Assembly (NCBI GenBank): GCA_964586115.1
Contig: CAZPHF010000001.1
Coordinates: 9,766 to 73,765 of the forward strand
DNA: 64,000 bases
Origin: an uncultured Flavobacteriaceae bacterium
GTDB lineage: Bacteria > Bacteroidota > Bacteroidia > Flavobacteriales > Flavobacteriaceae
Direction: 5' to 3'
Program-made: the position numbers and the translations under genes
Notes under the pieces: model-generated
Database searches by the model: none
What the model saw: the letters and a program-made list of their open reading frames with translations, nothing else
What the model was told of the DNA's origin: nothing
Part shown: one piece after another, positions 19,577 to 29,353 of the stretch
Position numbering within the stretch: position 1 is the stretch's first letter
How the letters are laid out: every line of letters begins with the position of its first letter

Positions 19577-20710
19577 ATGAATATAGGAATAGTTTGTTAT
19601 CCTACGTATGGAGGAAGCGGTGTGGTGGCTACAGAATTAGGTATTGCTTTAGCTCAGAAAGGTCATCAGGTTCATTTTGTAACCTCTCACCAACCTGTAA
19701 AATTGAATTTTCTTACCCATAATCTTCATTTTCATGAGGTTTTTGTTGAAAGCTATCCTTTGTTTCATTACCAACCTTACAATTTAGCTTTATCAAGTAA
19801 GTTGGTGGAATCAGTGCAAAAATATGATCTTGATGTTTTACATGTGCATTATGCCATTCCACATGCCTATGCTGCTTATATGGCCAAACAAATGTTAAAG
19901 GATTTCGGTATTGACATTCCTATTGTGACAACCCTGCACGGTACAGATATTACTTTGGTTGGTAGCCATCCGGTATATAAACCCGCTGTAGAATTCAGTA
20001 TCAATCATTCTGACGCGGTGACCACGGTATCTAACAGTTTAAAAGAAGACACGTTGCGCTTGTTCAATATCAAAAAGAATATTGAAGTCATTTATAATTT
20101 TATTGATTTTGAGAAACAAGTGTCCTGGACGGCCGAAGATTGCATGCGTGAAACGCTTGCTGATCCAGATGAAAAAATCCTCGCGCACGTGAGTAATCTC
20201 CGACCGGTAAAACGCGTATTGGATGTTATCAGAATATTTCATCAAGTACAAAAGAAAATACCTTCCAAATTATTGGTCGTAGGTGATGGACCGGATAGAG
20301 AAAAAGCAGATCTTTTGGCAAACGAATTAGGGCTAAAGGATAAGATTCTTTTTCTAGGTAAAAGCGATGAAATCAGAAAGATTCTTTGTTTGACTGATTT
20401 GTTCCTCCTACCTTCGGAAACAGAAAGCTTTGGTTTGGCAGCTTTGGAGGCCATGGCGGCACATACCCCGGTGATCTCAAGTAATACAGGAGGACTTTCG
20501 GAGGTGAATGTTCATGGAGTGACAGGTTTTCTCAGTAATGTTGGTGATGTAGAGGATATGGCAAAGAACGCCATTTACCTTTTGAGTGATGAGAAGCGTC
20601 TGGAGACATTCAAGCAACAGGCTTTCGATTCGGCGCACCAATTTTCGATAGAAACTATTTTACCAAAATATGAAAGCATGTATAAAAGAGTGATTAAGAA
20701 TGGTTTTTAA
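19577..20710 (+). CDS. bshA: N-acetyl-alpha-D-glucosaminyl L-malate synthase (bacillithiol biosynthesis)
   Basis: CYPTYGGSGVVATELG, HVHYAIPHA, TTLHGTDIT, HVSNLRPVKR, ESFGLAALEAM. Confidence 0.92.
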   Translation: MNIGIVCYPTYGGSGVVATELGIALAQKGHQVHFVTSHQPVKLNFLTHNLHFHEVFVESYPLFHYQPYNLALSSKLVESVQKYDLDVLHVHYAIPHAYAAYMAKQMLKDFGIDIPIVTTLHGTDITLVGSHPVYKPAVEFSINHSDAVTTVSNSLKEDTLRLFNIKKNIEVIYNFIDFEKQVSWTAEDCMRETLADPDEKILAHVSNLRPVKRVLDVIRIFHQVQKKIPSKLLVVGDGPDREKADLLANELGLKDKILFLGKSDEIRKILCLTDLFLLPSETESFGLAALEAMAAHTPVISSNTGGLSEVNVHGVTGFLSNVGDVEDMAKNAIYLLSDEKRLETFKQQAFDSAHQFSIETILPKYESMYKRVIKNGF

Positions 20711-20720
20711 ATAGCTGTAA

Positions 20721-21797
20721 TTAAGAGGCAGATTGCATATAGTAAAGCAGTCCTTTTTCAATGAGTTTAGGGTCTAATTGAATGTCAAGTTTACAGTTTT
20801 CCATTCGTTCTAGTAAGACAAAGTTTACTTTCCCGCTCACATTTTTTTTATCATACTTCATTAGATTGGTTATTTCAGCCAGATCTTCTTTTTCGATATT
20901 TACTTTTCCATAAAAGGTATTCACAAATGTTTTTAAAGCCTGGGTCAATTCCATTGGAAACCCAAACATTTGAGAAGAATAGTACAATTCGATTACCATG
21001 CCAACTGCGATGGCTTCTCCATGGGTCAGACGCTGTTTAACTGCTGATTCCAAAAAATAAGATTCAATTGCATGACCTATGGTATGGCCAAAATTTAAGG
21101 ATTTTCGAAGGTTATTCTCATGAAGATCTTGCAATACTACATCATTTTTAATCACCACAGATTTGTATACTAAATTGCTGATATTTTTCATATCAATTTC
21201 GGTAAACTCTTTTATAGTATTCCAGAGTTTTTCGTCAAAGGTGAAACCATATTTGATAATTTCTGCTAAACCGGAACGCATTTCTCTCTTAGAAACCGTA
21301 TTGAGAAAATCCATATCTACCAGCACCATTTCCGGATTGCTGAACAAACCAATTTGATTTTTCAAAGCGCCCAGATCCACTCCCGTTTTTCCGCCAACTG
21401 AAGCATCAACCATACTTAAGAGTGTTGTCGGGATATTAATGAATTTCAGTCCTCTTTTAAAAGTAGATGCAACAAAACCACCCATATCTGTGATGACTCC
21501 ACCACCTAAATTAATCATCAAAGATTTTCTATCAGCACCCCTTTCAGACAATTGGTTCCAAAGGTAGTTGCAAGTTTCAATATTTTTAAAGACTTCACCG
21601 GCTTCTATCTCAATAATTTCAATTGCTATGTTGAGTTTTGCTCTATCCAGAAAAAAAGGAAGGCAGTGTTTTAGGGTATTACTATCTACAAGAATAAAAA
21701 TTTTTGAATGGAAATTTTCTTCTAAATAAACATGCAAAGACCGGTAAGCATTTTCCTGAAAATGCACATAGTAATTTGTAGAAAGTATTGACTGCAT
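20721..21797 (-). CDS. aroB: 3-dehydroquinate synthase
   Basis: GGGVITDMGGF, PTTLLSMVDASVGGKTG, LNFGHTIGHAIES, HGEAIAVG, DKK. Start at ATG 21797. Confidence 0.95.
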   Translation of the reverse strand: MQSILSTNYYVHFQENAYRSLHVYLEENFHSKIFILVDSNTLKHCLPFFLDRAKLNIAIEIIEIEAGEVFKNIETCNYLWNQLSERGADRKSLMINLGGGVITDMGGFVASTFKRGLKFINIPTTLLSMVDASVGGKTGVDLGALKNQIGLFSNPEMVLVDMDFLNTVSKREMRSGLAEIIKYGFTFDEKLWNTIKEFTEIDMKNISNLVYKSVVIKNDVVLQDLHENNLRKSLNFGHTIGHAIESYFLESAVKQRLTHGEAIAVGMVIELYYSSQMFGFPMELTQALKTFVNTFYGKVNIEKEDLAEITNLMKYDKKNVSGKVNFVLLERMENCKLDIQLDPKLIEKGLLYYMQSAS

Positions 21798-21833
21798 AAA
21801 AATGAATTTTATGATGCAAATAACGGTCAAATA

Positions 21834-21866
21834 TTTGAAAAAAATAAATCGCTCTTGGTATCTTTG
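21834..21866 (+). promoter_or_regulatory. Bacteroidota housekeeping promoter (-33/-7) for the proline dehydrogenase gene
   Basis: TTTG (21834-37), 21-bp spacer, TATCTTTG (21859-66). Similar -7 boxes at 9958 (idi), 12646 (kdnA), 26086 (glyA), 34661 (sucC), 63861 and, on the minus strand, 7368-75 (prfC) and 12468-75 (add). Confidence 0.7.
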
Positions 21867-21882
21867 TTAAAAACAAAATAGC

Positions 21883-23049
21883 ATGAAGGAACTTTTTAAT
21901 AATACCGAAGTGGCTTTTAGTTTAAAATCGGATTCCGAATTGGAACGAGCCTATTTTTTATTCAGATTGATCAAAAGTGAACCTTTGGTCAAAATTGGTA
22001 CAGCAGTGACAAAGTTTGCTTTAAGATCATCCCTTCCCGTTGAAGGATTGATCAGGGCAACTGTTTTTGATCATTTCTGTGGAGGAATCAGTGAAAGTGA
22101 CTGTATGCCCATTATTGAAAAAATGTACGATAAAAAAGTACATGCTGTTCTGGATTATTCAGTTGAAGGAAAAGAAGAAGAGAAGCAATTTGATCGTGTT
22201 TTGGAGAAAACCCTTTCACTGATCAATTTTGTCAATGAAAAAGAAGCAATGCCTTTTGCGGTATTCAAACCTACAGGTTTTGGCAGGTTTGATTTATATA
22301 GAAAGATAACAGAAGACATAACACTTACTGAGGAGGAAAAAAGTGAATGGGCACGTGTGGTAAATAGATTTGAAAAGGTAGCCATGGCTTGTTATGAAAA
22401 GGATGAATGCTTACTGGTAGATGCGGAGGAAAGCTGGATGCAAAAAGCTGCAGATGAATTGATGGAGGGATTAATGGAAAAATACAATAAGGGAAAAGTA
22501 ATTATTTTTAGTACACTGCAGTTATACAGACATGACCGTCTTGATTATTTAAAGGGTCTGCATAAAAGAGCCAAGGAAAAGGGTTATAAAATTGGTATGA
22601 AACTTGTAAGAGGTGCTTATATGGAAAAGGAAAGGGAACGTGCCCAGCTTAAAAATTACCAGGACCCTATTTGTAAAAACAAAGCCGAAACTGATCAAAA
22701 CTTTAATGATGTGCTCAGGTATATGTTTGATCATTTGGAAGATATGGCTATTTTTTGTGGTACACACAATGAAGAAAGTTCCTATTTATTAATGGATATG
22801 ATCCAAGAGTCAAAGTTTGATAAAAGAGACAATCGCTTATGGTTCGGTCAATTATACGGAATGAGTGATAATATTTCTTATAATTTGGCCGACCAAGGAT
22901 ACAACGTGGCGAAATACTTACCTTTTGGTCCGGTAAAAGACGTAATGCCTTATTTGATCAGAAGAGCGGAAGAAAACACTTCAGTTGCAGGGCAAACCAA
23001 TAGAGAACTTGACCTGATCAGGATAGAGAAAAAAAGAAGAAAAGTGTAA
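21883..23049 (+). CDS. Proline dehydrogenase (monofunctional)
   Basis: LDYSVEG, LLVDAEE, KLVRGAYMEKE, GTHN, FGQLYGMSD, KYLPFGP, YLIRRAEEN. Confidence 0.92.
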   Translation: MKELFNNTEVAFSLKSDSELERAYFLFRLIKSEPLVKIGTAVTKFALRSSLPVEGLIRATVFDHFCGGISESDCMPIIEKMYDKKVHAVLDYSVEGKEEEKQFDRVLEKTLSLINFVNEKEAMPFAVFKPTGFGRFDLYRKITEDITLTEEEKSEWARVVNRFEKVAMACYEKDECLLVDAEESWMQKAADELMEGLMEKYNKGKVIIFSTLQLYRHDRLDYLKGLHKRAKEKGYKIGMKLVRGAYMEKERERAQLKNYQDPICKNKAETDQNFNDVLRYMFDHLEDMAIFCGTHNEESSYLLMDMIQESKFDKRDNRLWFGQLYGMSDNISYNLADQGYNVAKYLPFGPVKDVMPYLIRRAEENTSVAGQTNRELDLIRIEKKRRKV

Positions 23050-24312
23050 ATGTCGACGAGAAACATTTCAATTAGTATTATCTGGACCCTTATCGTATTG
23101 TTGGCCATGGATGTTTATATCTATTCGGCATTGCGTCCAAGTATACAGAAAAATAAATGGAAACCATTTCTGAATATTATCTATGCCGTTTTTGTGGTAT
23201 TGAGCTATATAGGATTTTATTATTTACACTTTTATTTTACTGCTAAACCCTTACAAGCAGACTTGGCTCCGAATCTTGCCATTGGTTTCTTTTTTTCAAT
23301 CATGGTAGTTAAAATTTTATTGGTCCTTTTCTTTTTATTTGAAGATGTCTTCCGATTTTTGGAACTTATTTTCAACTCGCTGAGTGGCCTTATAAGAGCA
23401 GATCATCAAAATATCGTCAGACCTGGCAGAAGAGGGTTTGTCAGAAAAATCGGTTTAATTGTAGCCGGCATCCCTTTTACATCAATGCTTTATGGCATAA
23501 CCAAGGGGAAGTATGATTTTAGAGTAAACAAGGTAAAATTGGTTTTTGACAACTTGCCAGAGGCGTTTGAAGGGTTTAAAATTATACAGATTTCGGATAT
23601 ACATTCCGGTAGTTTTGACAGCAAAGAAGCTATAATTAATGGAATCAAGCTTGTAAATGAGCAAAAAGCTGATGTGGTCCTTTTCACAGGTGACCTTGTC
23701 AATAATGATTCTCGTGAAATTATACCTTTTATAGAAGATTTTAAGGAACTTAAAGCACCTCACGGTGTCTATTCAGTTTTGGGGAATCACGACTATGGTG
23801 ATTACAAAAGATGGAATTCTGAGCAGGATAAGCAAGAGAATATGGAATTACTTTATCAGTATCAGGAAAAAATGGGTTTTCAATTACTGAATAATCAGAA
23901 TGCTGTCATTGAAAAAGGGGAAGATGTTATTGGTATTTACGGAGTAGAAAACTGGGGTAATCCACCATTTCCACAAAAAGGAGATCTCGACAAGGCCTTG
24001 TCGGGTAGAGAAGATGTAGCTTTTAAAATTCTCTTAAGCCATGATCCTACGCATTGGGATAAAAAGGTAGTCAGCCATCCTGTGCATATTGACCTCACTT
24101 TATCAGGTCATACGCATGGTATGCAGTTCGGAGTTGAAATTCCCGGTTTTAAGTGGAGCCCGATCAAATATGTGTATCCTCAATGGGCTGGATTGTACAC
24201 AAATAACAAACAACACTTATACGTGAACCGAGGCTTTGGTTTTTTGGGTTTTCCCGGTAGAGTCGGTATTTGGCCTGAAATCACACTGATTGAATTAACT
24301 AGAAACACATAA
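23050..24312 (+). CDS. Membrane-anchored metallophosphoesterase (YkuE-like)
   Basis: N-terminal TMs; SDIH, TGDLVN, LGNHDY, LSHDP, GHTHGMQ. Confidence 0.9.
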   Translation: MSTRNISISIIWTLIVLLAMDVYIYSALRPSIQKNKWKPFLNIIYAVFVVLSYIGFYYLHFYFTAKPLQADLAPNLAIGFFFSIMVVKILLVLFFLFEDVFRFLELIFNSLSGLIRADHQNIVRPGRRGFVRKIGLIVAGIPFTSMLYGITKGKYDFRVNKVKLVFDNLPEAFEGFKIIQISDIHSGSFDSKEAIINGIKLVNEQKADVVLFTGDLVNNDSREIIPFIEDFKELKAPHGVYSVLGNHDYGDYKRWNSEQDKQENMELLYQYQEKMGFQLLNNQNAVIEKGEDVIGIYGVENWGNPPFPQKGDLDKALSGREDVAFKILLSHDPTHWDKKVVSHPVHIDLTLSGHTHGMQFGVEIPGFKWSPIKYVYPQWAGLYTNNKQHLYVNRGFGFLGFPGRVGIWPEITLIELTRNT

Positions 24313-24317
24313 AAAAG

Positions 24318-24686
24318 ATGTTTGAATTTTTTAAGTCTAACAATAAGAAAGATAGCAATAAAGAGCTTTTAAGAATAGATTTTGATACCAAAGATCAATG
24401 GTCAGATCTTAAGGACTTGTCGCATAATCAAGCGGTATACATTTTTAAACACAGCAGTAGTTGTGGCATCAGTTCTGTGGTGCTCAATCGATTTGAAAAG
24501 CAAATAAAAGAAAGAAATGAAACCTATTTCTATTTGCATATACAAGGATTTAGATCCTTGTCAAACTGGTTGGCAGAAGAACTTGGGATTCGTCATGAAT
24601 CCCCGCAACTTATTGTCCTGAAGAATGCAAAAGTAATGGCTCATGATTCTCATTACTCGCTCCTGGAAATTCTTCCAAAGTTGTAG
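24318..24686 (+). CDS. ytxJ: Bacillithiol-system redox-active protein, YtxJ family
   Basis: FKHSSSCGIS and HESPQL motifs; bshA is 4 kb upstream. Confidence 0.8.
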   Translation: MFEFFKSNNKKDSNKELLRIDFDTKDQWSDLKDLSHNQAVYIFKHSSSCGISSVVLNRFEKQIKERNETYFYLHIQGFRSLSNWLAEELGIRHESPQLIVLKNAKVMAHDSHYSLLEILPKL

Positions 24687-24694
24687 AAAGTATA

Positions 24695-25987
24695 CTACTT
24701 TTCAATACTGAACTTTCTCGCTTTTTTGACCTTTCCAACACATTCACCAAAACCAATTCTTACTTGGTCGTTCTTGCAATAACCGTGCATAATGACCGTA
24801 TCTCTGTCGAGGATAAACTTTCGTTCAGTCCCGTCAGACATCTTAATGGGCTTGGTTCCTTTCCATGACAATTCAAGCATTGAGCCATAACTGCTCTTAT
24901 CTTTTCCTGAGATTGTACCACTTCCGTAGAGATCTCCTGATCGCACATTACAGCCATTAACTGTTTGATGCGCTAGTTGTTGTGAGATACTCCAGTACAA
25001 GTTTTTAAAATTAGTCTTGCTAACTAGTGTCGCATTTTCTTTTTTTGGCTTTATAAAAGTGTCAATTGTAATATCATAAGAAGTCAATCCCTCTTCCTCC
25101 AAATAGGGAAGGGGCTGAGGGTCCTGCTCAGGTCCGGCAACCTTAAACGGCTCTAAGGCATCTAACGTTACAATCCAGGCCGAAATAGTAGAGGCAAAGT
25201 TTTTTGCAAGAAATGGGCCGAGCGGAACATATTCCCATTTTTGAATATCCCGGGCTGACCAGTCATTGAGTAATACCATTCCGAAAATATGATTTCTCGC
25301 TTCCTCTATAGGTATTGATTTTCCCATGTCATTAGCATCTGTGGTGATAAAACCCATCTCAACTTCAAAGTCTAATAATTTAGATGGTCCAAACACAGGT
25401 TGTGAAGCTCCCTGTGGCAATGTTTGCCCGAGAGGTCTGCGAATTTTAGTGCCAGATACTACAATAGAAGAAGACCTGCCGTGATAACCTACAGGAATAT
25501 GAACCCAGTTTGGTAATAAGGCATTTTCAGGATCTCTGAACATAGTACCCACATTTGTAGCATGGTCTTTACTGGAGTAAAAATCAGTATAATCGCCTAT
25601 GACAACCGGCAATAACATTTCAATTTCGTTTATATCGAAAATTACAACCTCTCTATGTGCTGCATGATCTTTTAATTTCTTGTTTTCAGCATCAAATATA
25701 TCGGCGATTCTGTTTCTTACAAGGCGCCAAGTAGTTTGACCATCAGCTATAAAATCATTGAGGGAGTCTTGCATAAAAATATCGTCGGTTAAGGGAATCC
25801 CTTCAAAATAGCCCAACTGCTGCAAGGCAGCAAGGTCAATGGCATAATTCCCTATCCTTGTTCCGATTGTCGTGATATCATCTTTGGTAAGAAATACGCC
25901 AAATGGAATATTTTGGATGGGAAAATCGGAATCTGTTTCCACAGTTAACCAGGATTTTCGATTGGGATTGTTGGCAGTTATCTTCAT
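24695..25987 (-). CDS. fahA: Fumarylacetoacetase
   Basis: DFPIQNIPFG, DYTDFYSS, PVGYHGRSSS, LDFEVE, NDWSARDIQKWE, GSGTISG. Confidence 0.95.
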   Translation of the reverse strand: MKITANNPNRKSWLTVETDSDFPIQNIPFGVFLTKDDITTIGTRIGNYAIDLAALQQLGYFEGIPLTDDIFMQDSLNDFIADGQTTWRLVRNRIADIFDAENKKLKDHAAHREVVIFDINEIEMLLPVVIGDYTDFYSSKDHATNVGTMFRDPENALLPNWVHIPVGYHGRSSSIVVSGTKIRRPLGQTLPQGASQPVFGPSKLLDFEVEMGFITTDANDMGKSIPIEEARNHIFGMVLLNDWSARDIQKWEYVPLGPFLAKNFASTISAWIVTLDALEPFKVAGPEQDPQPLPYLEEEGLTSYDITIDTFIKPKKENATLVSKTNFKNLYWSISQQLAHQTVNGCNVRSGDLYGSGTISGKDKSSYGSMLELSWKGTKPIKMSDGTERKFILDRDTVIMHGYCKNDQVRIGFGECVGKVKKARKFSIEK

Positions 25988-26126
25988 GATTTTTGAGAAT
26001 TTAATAAAAAAATATCTATAATTTACGAAAACAATTAATTCATTTCAAATATAGAAGTTTCTCTATATATGAAGGATGAATTTATTACTTTTGTGCTGAT
26101 TTAAATTTACAAATAAAACTATATTC

Positions 26127-27398
26127 ATGAGCCGAGATCAAATAATTTTTGACCTGATAGCAGAGGAAAAGGAAAGACAAACCAATGGTTTGGAGCTAAT
26201 CGCTTCAGAAAACTTTGTCAGTGAGCAAGTAATGGAAGCTGCAGGCTCCATTCTAACCAATAAATATGCTGAAGGATACCCTGGTAAAAGATATTATGGA
26301 GGTTGTGAAATAGTTGATCAGGTAGAGCAAATTGCAATTGATAGGGCAAAAGTACTTTTCAATGCTGAATATGTTAATGTTCAACCTCATTCTGGTTCGC
26401 AGGCCAACACAGCCGTTTATCACGCAGTTTTAAATCCGGGTGATACCATATTAGGCTTTGATCTGTCGCACGGGGGGCATTTGACGCACGGTTCTCCTGT
26501 GAATTTTTCGGGAAAATTATACAATGCTACTTTTTACGGTGTTGAAAAGGAAACCGGGGTTTTGAATTATGATAAAATACAAGAAAAGGCTAATGAAGTA
26601 AAACCTCAATTAATCATCGCTGGTGCTTCTGCTTATTCCAGAGATATTGATTTTAAAAGATTCAGAGAGATCGCTGATAGTGTTGGGGCCATTCTTTTGG
26701 CTGACATTTCCCATCCCGCAGGATTAATAGCTAAAGGTATATTAAATGACCCGCTTCCTCATTGCCATATTGTAACTACAACCACTCATAAAACCTTGAG
26801 AGGTCCAAGGGGAGGGATCATTATGCTTGGTAAAGATTTTGAAAACCCTTTTGGAGAAAAAACACCTAAAGGAACGGTTAAAAAGATGAGTAGTTTGCTG
26901 AATTCGGCTGTATTTCCTGGTAACCAGGGTGGGCCTTTAGAGCATATTATTGCGGCCAAAGCGATTGCTTTCGGAGAAGCCTTGACCGATGAATTTCTAA
27001 GCTATCAAATACAGGTAAAAAAGAATGCTGCCGCCATGGCCGAAGCATTTGTTGCTAAGGATTATCATATCATTTCAGGTGGAACGGATAATCATATGAT
27101 GCTTATCGATCTTAGAAATAAAAATATTACGGGAAAGGAAGCTGAAAATGCCTTGGTAAAAGCAGATATAACAGTGAATAAAAATATGGTTCCATTTGAC
27201 GATAAATCTCCCTTTGTTACATCTGGTATCCGCATTGGGTCGGCTGCCGTGACTACTAGAGGACTTGTTGAAAGTGATATGGGCATTATTGTTGATTTTA
27301 TTGACGAGGTGATCAGTGATTTTGAAAATGAGGACCTTTTGGAGGCTGTTGCTTCAAAAGTAAACGCCCTGATGAAAGACAAGCCTTTATTCGTTTGA
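26127..27398 (+). CDS. glyA: Serine hydroxymethyltransferase
   Basis: [36 protein letters not shown]. Confidence 0.98.
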   Translation: MSRDQIIFDLIAEEKERQTNGLELIASENFVSEQVMEAAGSILTNKYAEGYPGKRYYGGCEIVDQVEQIAIDRAKVLFNAEYVNVQPHSGSQANTAVYHAVLNPGDTILGFDLSHGGHLTHGSPVNFSGKLYNATFYGVEKETGVLNYDKIQEKANEVKPQLIIAGASAYSRDIDFKRFREIADSVGAILLADISHPAGLIAKGILNDPLPHCHIVTTTTHKTLRGPRGGIIMLGKDFENPFGEKTPKGTVKKMSSLLNSAVFPGNQGGPLEHIIAAKAIAFGEALTDEFLSYQIQVKKNAAAMAEAFVAKDYHIISGGTDNHMMLIDLRNKNITGKEAENALVKADITVNKNMVPFDDKSPFVTSGIRIGSAAVTTRGLVESDMGIIVDFIDEVISDFENEDLLEAVASKVNALMKDKPLFV

Positions 27399-27475
27399 TT
27401 CATATGTACACATGATAATAATCATTTAATTCTCAGCATATTTGACCTATTTTTACTAGGTAAATCTGCCGAAAA

Positions 27476-29350
27476 ATGGGGGCACATGCCGTAAAAGCGA
27501 TAGAAAGTTTAAGAGAACGCAAGGAGTTTTTGTATCATCTTCTGAATGATGTAAAGGCACTTGAAATGATGATTGAACAGGACGTTTTTGAAAAAGGTAT
27601 CAGGCGTATTGGAGCTGAACAGGAATTGTGTTTGGTCGATAAAAATTTCAGACCCTCCTGTAATGCGTTAGAAGTGCTTGACCACCTTAAAGATCCTCAC
27701 TTTACTACAGAACTCGCGCTGTTCAATCTGGAGATCAATCTGGACCCCCTCGAATTGACTAAAGACTGTTTTTCCAGGATTGACAAAGAATTAACAGCAC
27801 TTATCTCAAAAGGAGATGCTGTTGCCAACCAAATTGATGATAATAAAATTATCCTTACAGGTATTCTGCCAACGCTTAGAAAGCGTGACATGGTATTTAA
27901 GAATATTACACCTTTCCCACGCTATAAAGTCTTAAATAAAATATTAAAGGATATCAGAGGTGATGATTTTATGCTGAAGATCAAAGGGGTTGATGAATTG
28001 ATTCTAAATCATAAATCAATTCTTTTTGAAGCCTGTAATACCAGTTTTCAGGTGCATCTTCAAATTCCAATGGATGAAATGGTAGATAAATACAATTGGT
28101 CTCAGGCAATTGCCGGACCAGTTTTATCGATTACGGCAAATTCACCGTTATTATTGGGAAGAGAATTATGGAGTGAAACAAGGATTGCTTTGTTTCAGCA
28201 AAGTGTGGATTCAAGGAATCGATCCTATCTGCTTAGAGAGCAAAAGCCCAGAGTGTCTTTTGGCAGCAACTGGATCAAAGATTCTGTCATTGAGCTGTAT
28301 CAGGATGATATTGTGAGATATACCCCTTTGTTAACCACTGATTTTAAAGAAGATGCTATAGCGAAACTCCGTCGTGGAGATATACCTAAATTAGAGGCTA
28401 TTGGCATACACAACGGTACAATCTACAGATGGAATCGTTTATGTTATGGGCAAACCAAAGGTATTCCTCACATGCGGATCGAGAACCGATATATTCCTTC
28501 TGGCCCCAGTGTAAAAGATGAAGTAGCAAATGCTTTGTTTTGGGTTGGCCTGATGCAGGGCATGCCTGAAAAATATAAAAAACTGGACAGATTAATACCC
28601 TTTAATGAAGTGAAGGGAAATTTTGTGAATGCTGCCAGGACAGGGATCAATACTTATTTTAATTGGTTTGGTAAGGGGGTGTCGGCGAAAAGATTAATAC
28701 TTACAGAATTGTTACCTATTGCTTATCAAGGCTTGGTTAACTGTCAAATTGACCTCAAGGATATTCATTATTATTTGGATATCATTGAAAAACGAGCAGA
28801 AACAAGATATACAGGAGCTCAATGGATCAGAAGCAGTAATATCGCTCTAAGAAAAAAAATGACCAAGGATATCGCTAATGCTACCCTGACTGCACATATG
28901 TACAAAAACCAGAAAACTGGTAAACCCATACATGAATGGAAAATAGCTAACGATAACCATGTCTTAAATATGGATGTTGGCTTGACTAAATTAGAGAAAT
29001 TCATGACAACGGAAGTTTTTGTTGTCAATGAAAACGATTTGGTAGAGCTGGTTGCAAAAATTATGGAATGGAGAAATATTCATCATATTCCAGTAGTTGA
29101 TGATAAAAACAGGCTAACCGGTTTGATCACAAAAACGAATATTCTGGCAATTCAAGGACAAGATACCAATGTAATTGTAGCCAAAGATATTATGGTAAAA
29201 GAAATTATTTCCGTTGATTCCGAAACTTCTATTGAAAAGGCTAATAGCATAATGCTGGAACATGAAATTGGTTGTTTACCAATACTTGAACTGGGCGATC
29301 TGGTAGGGATTTTAACCAAAACTGACCTGGATAAATTACTGTATACTTGA
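27476..29350 (+). CDS. Glutamate-cysteine ligase (GCS2/YbdK-type) family enzyme fused to a C-terminal CBS pair
   Basis: GAEQE, TELALFNLE, SFQVHLQ, NSP, RIENR ligase motifs; C-terminal FMTTEV...HHIPVVD...GLITKT and IMVKE...GCLPI...GILTKTD CBS repeats. Confidence 0.8.
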   Translation: MGAHAVKAIESLRERKEFLYHLLNDVKALEMMIEQDVFEKGIRRIGAEQELCLVDKNFRPSCNALEVLDHLKDPHFTTELALFNLEINLDPLELTKDCFSRIDKELTALISKGDAVANQIDDNKIILTGILPTLRKRDMVFKNITPFPRYKVLNKILKDIRGDDFMLKIKGVDELILNHKSILFEACNTSFQVHLQIPMDEMVDKYNWSQAIAGPVLSITANSPLLLGRELWSETRIALFQQSVDSRNRSYLLREQKPRVSFGSNWIKDSVIELYQDDIVRYTPLLTTDFKEDAIAKLRRGDIPKLEAIGIHNGTIYRWNRLCYGQTKGIPHMRIENRYIPSGPSVKDEVANALFWVGLMQGMPEKYKKLDRLIPFNEVKGNFVNAARTGINTYFNWFGKGVSAKRLILTELLPIAYQGLVNCQIDLKDIHYYLDIIEKRAETRYTGAQWIRSSNIALRKKMTKDIANATLTAHMYKNQKTGKPIHEWKIANDNHVLNMDVGLTKLEKFMTTEVFVVNENDLVELVAKIMEWRNIHHIPVVDDKNRLTGLITKTNILAIQGQDTNVIVAKDIMVKEIISVDSETSIEKANSIMLEHEIGCLPILELGDLVGILTKTDLDKLLYT

Positions 29351-29353
29351 ATT

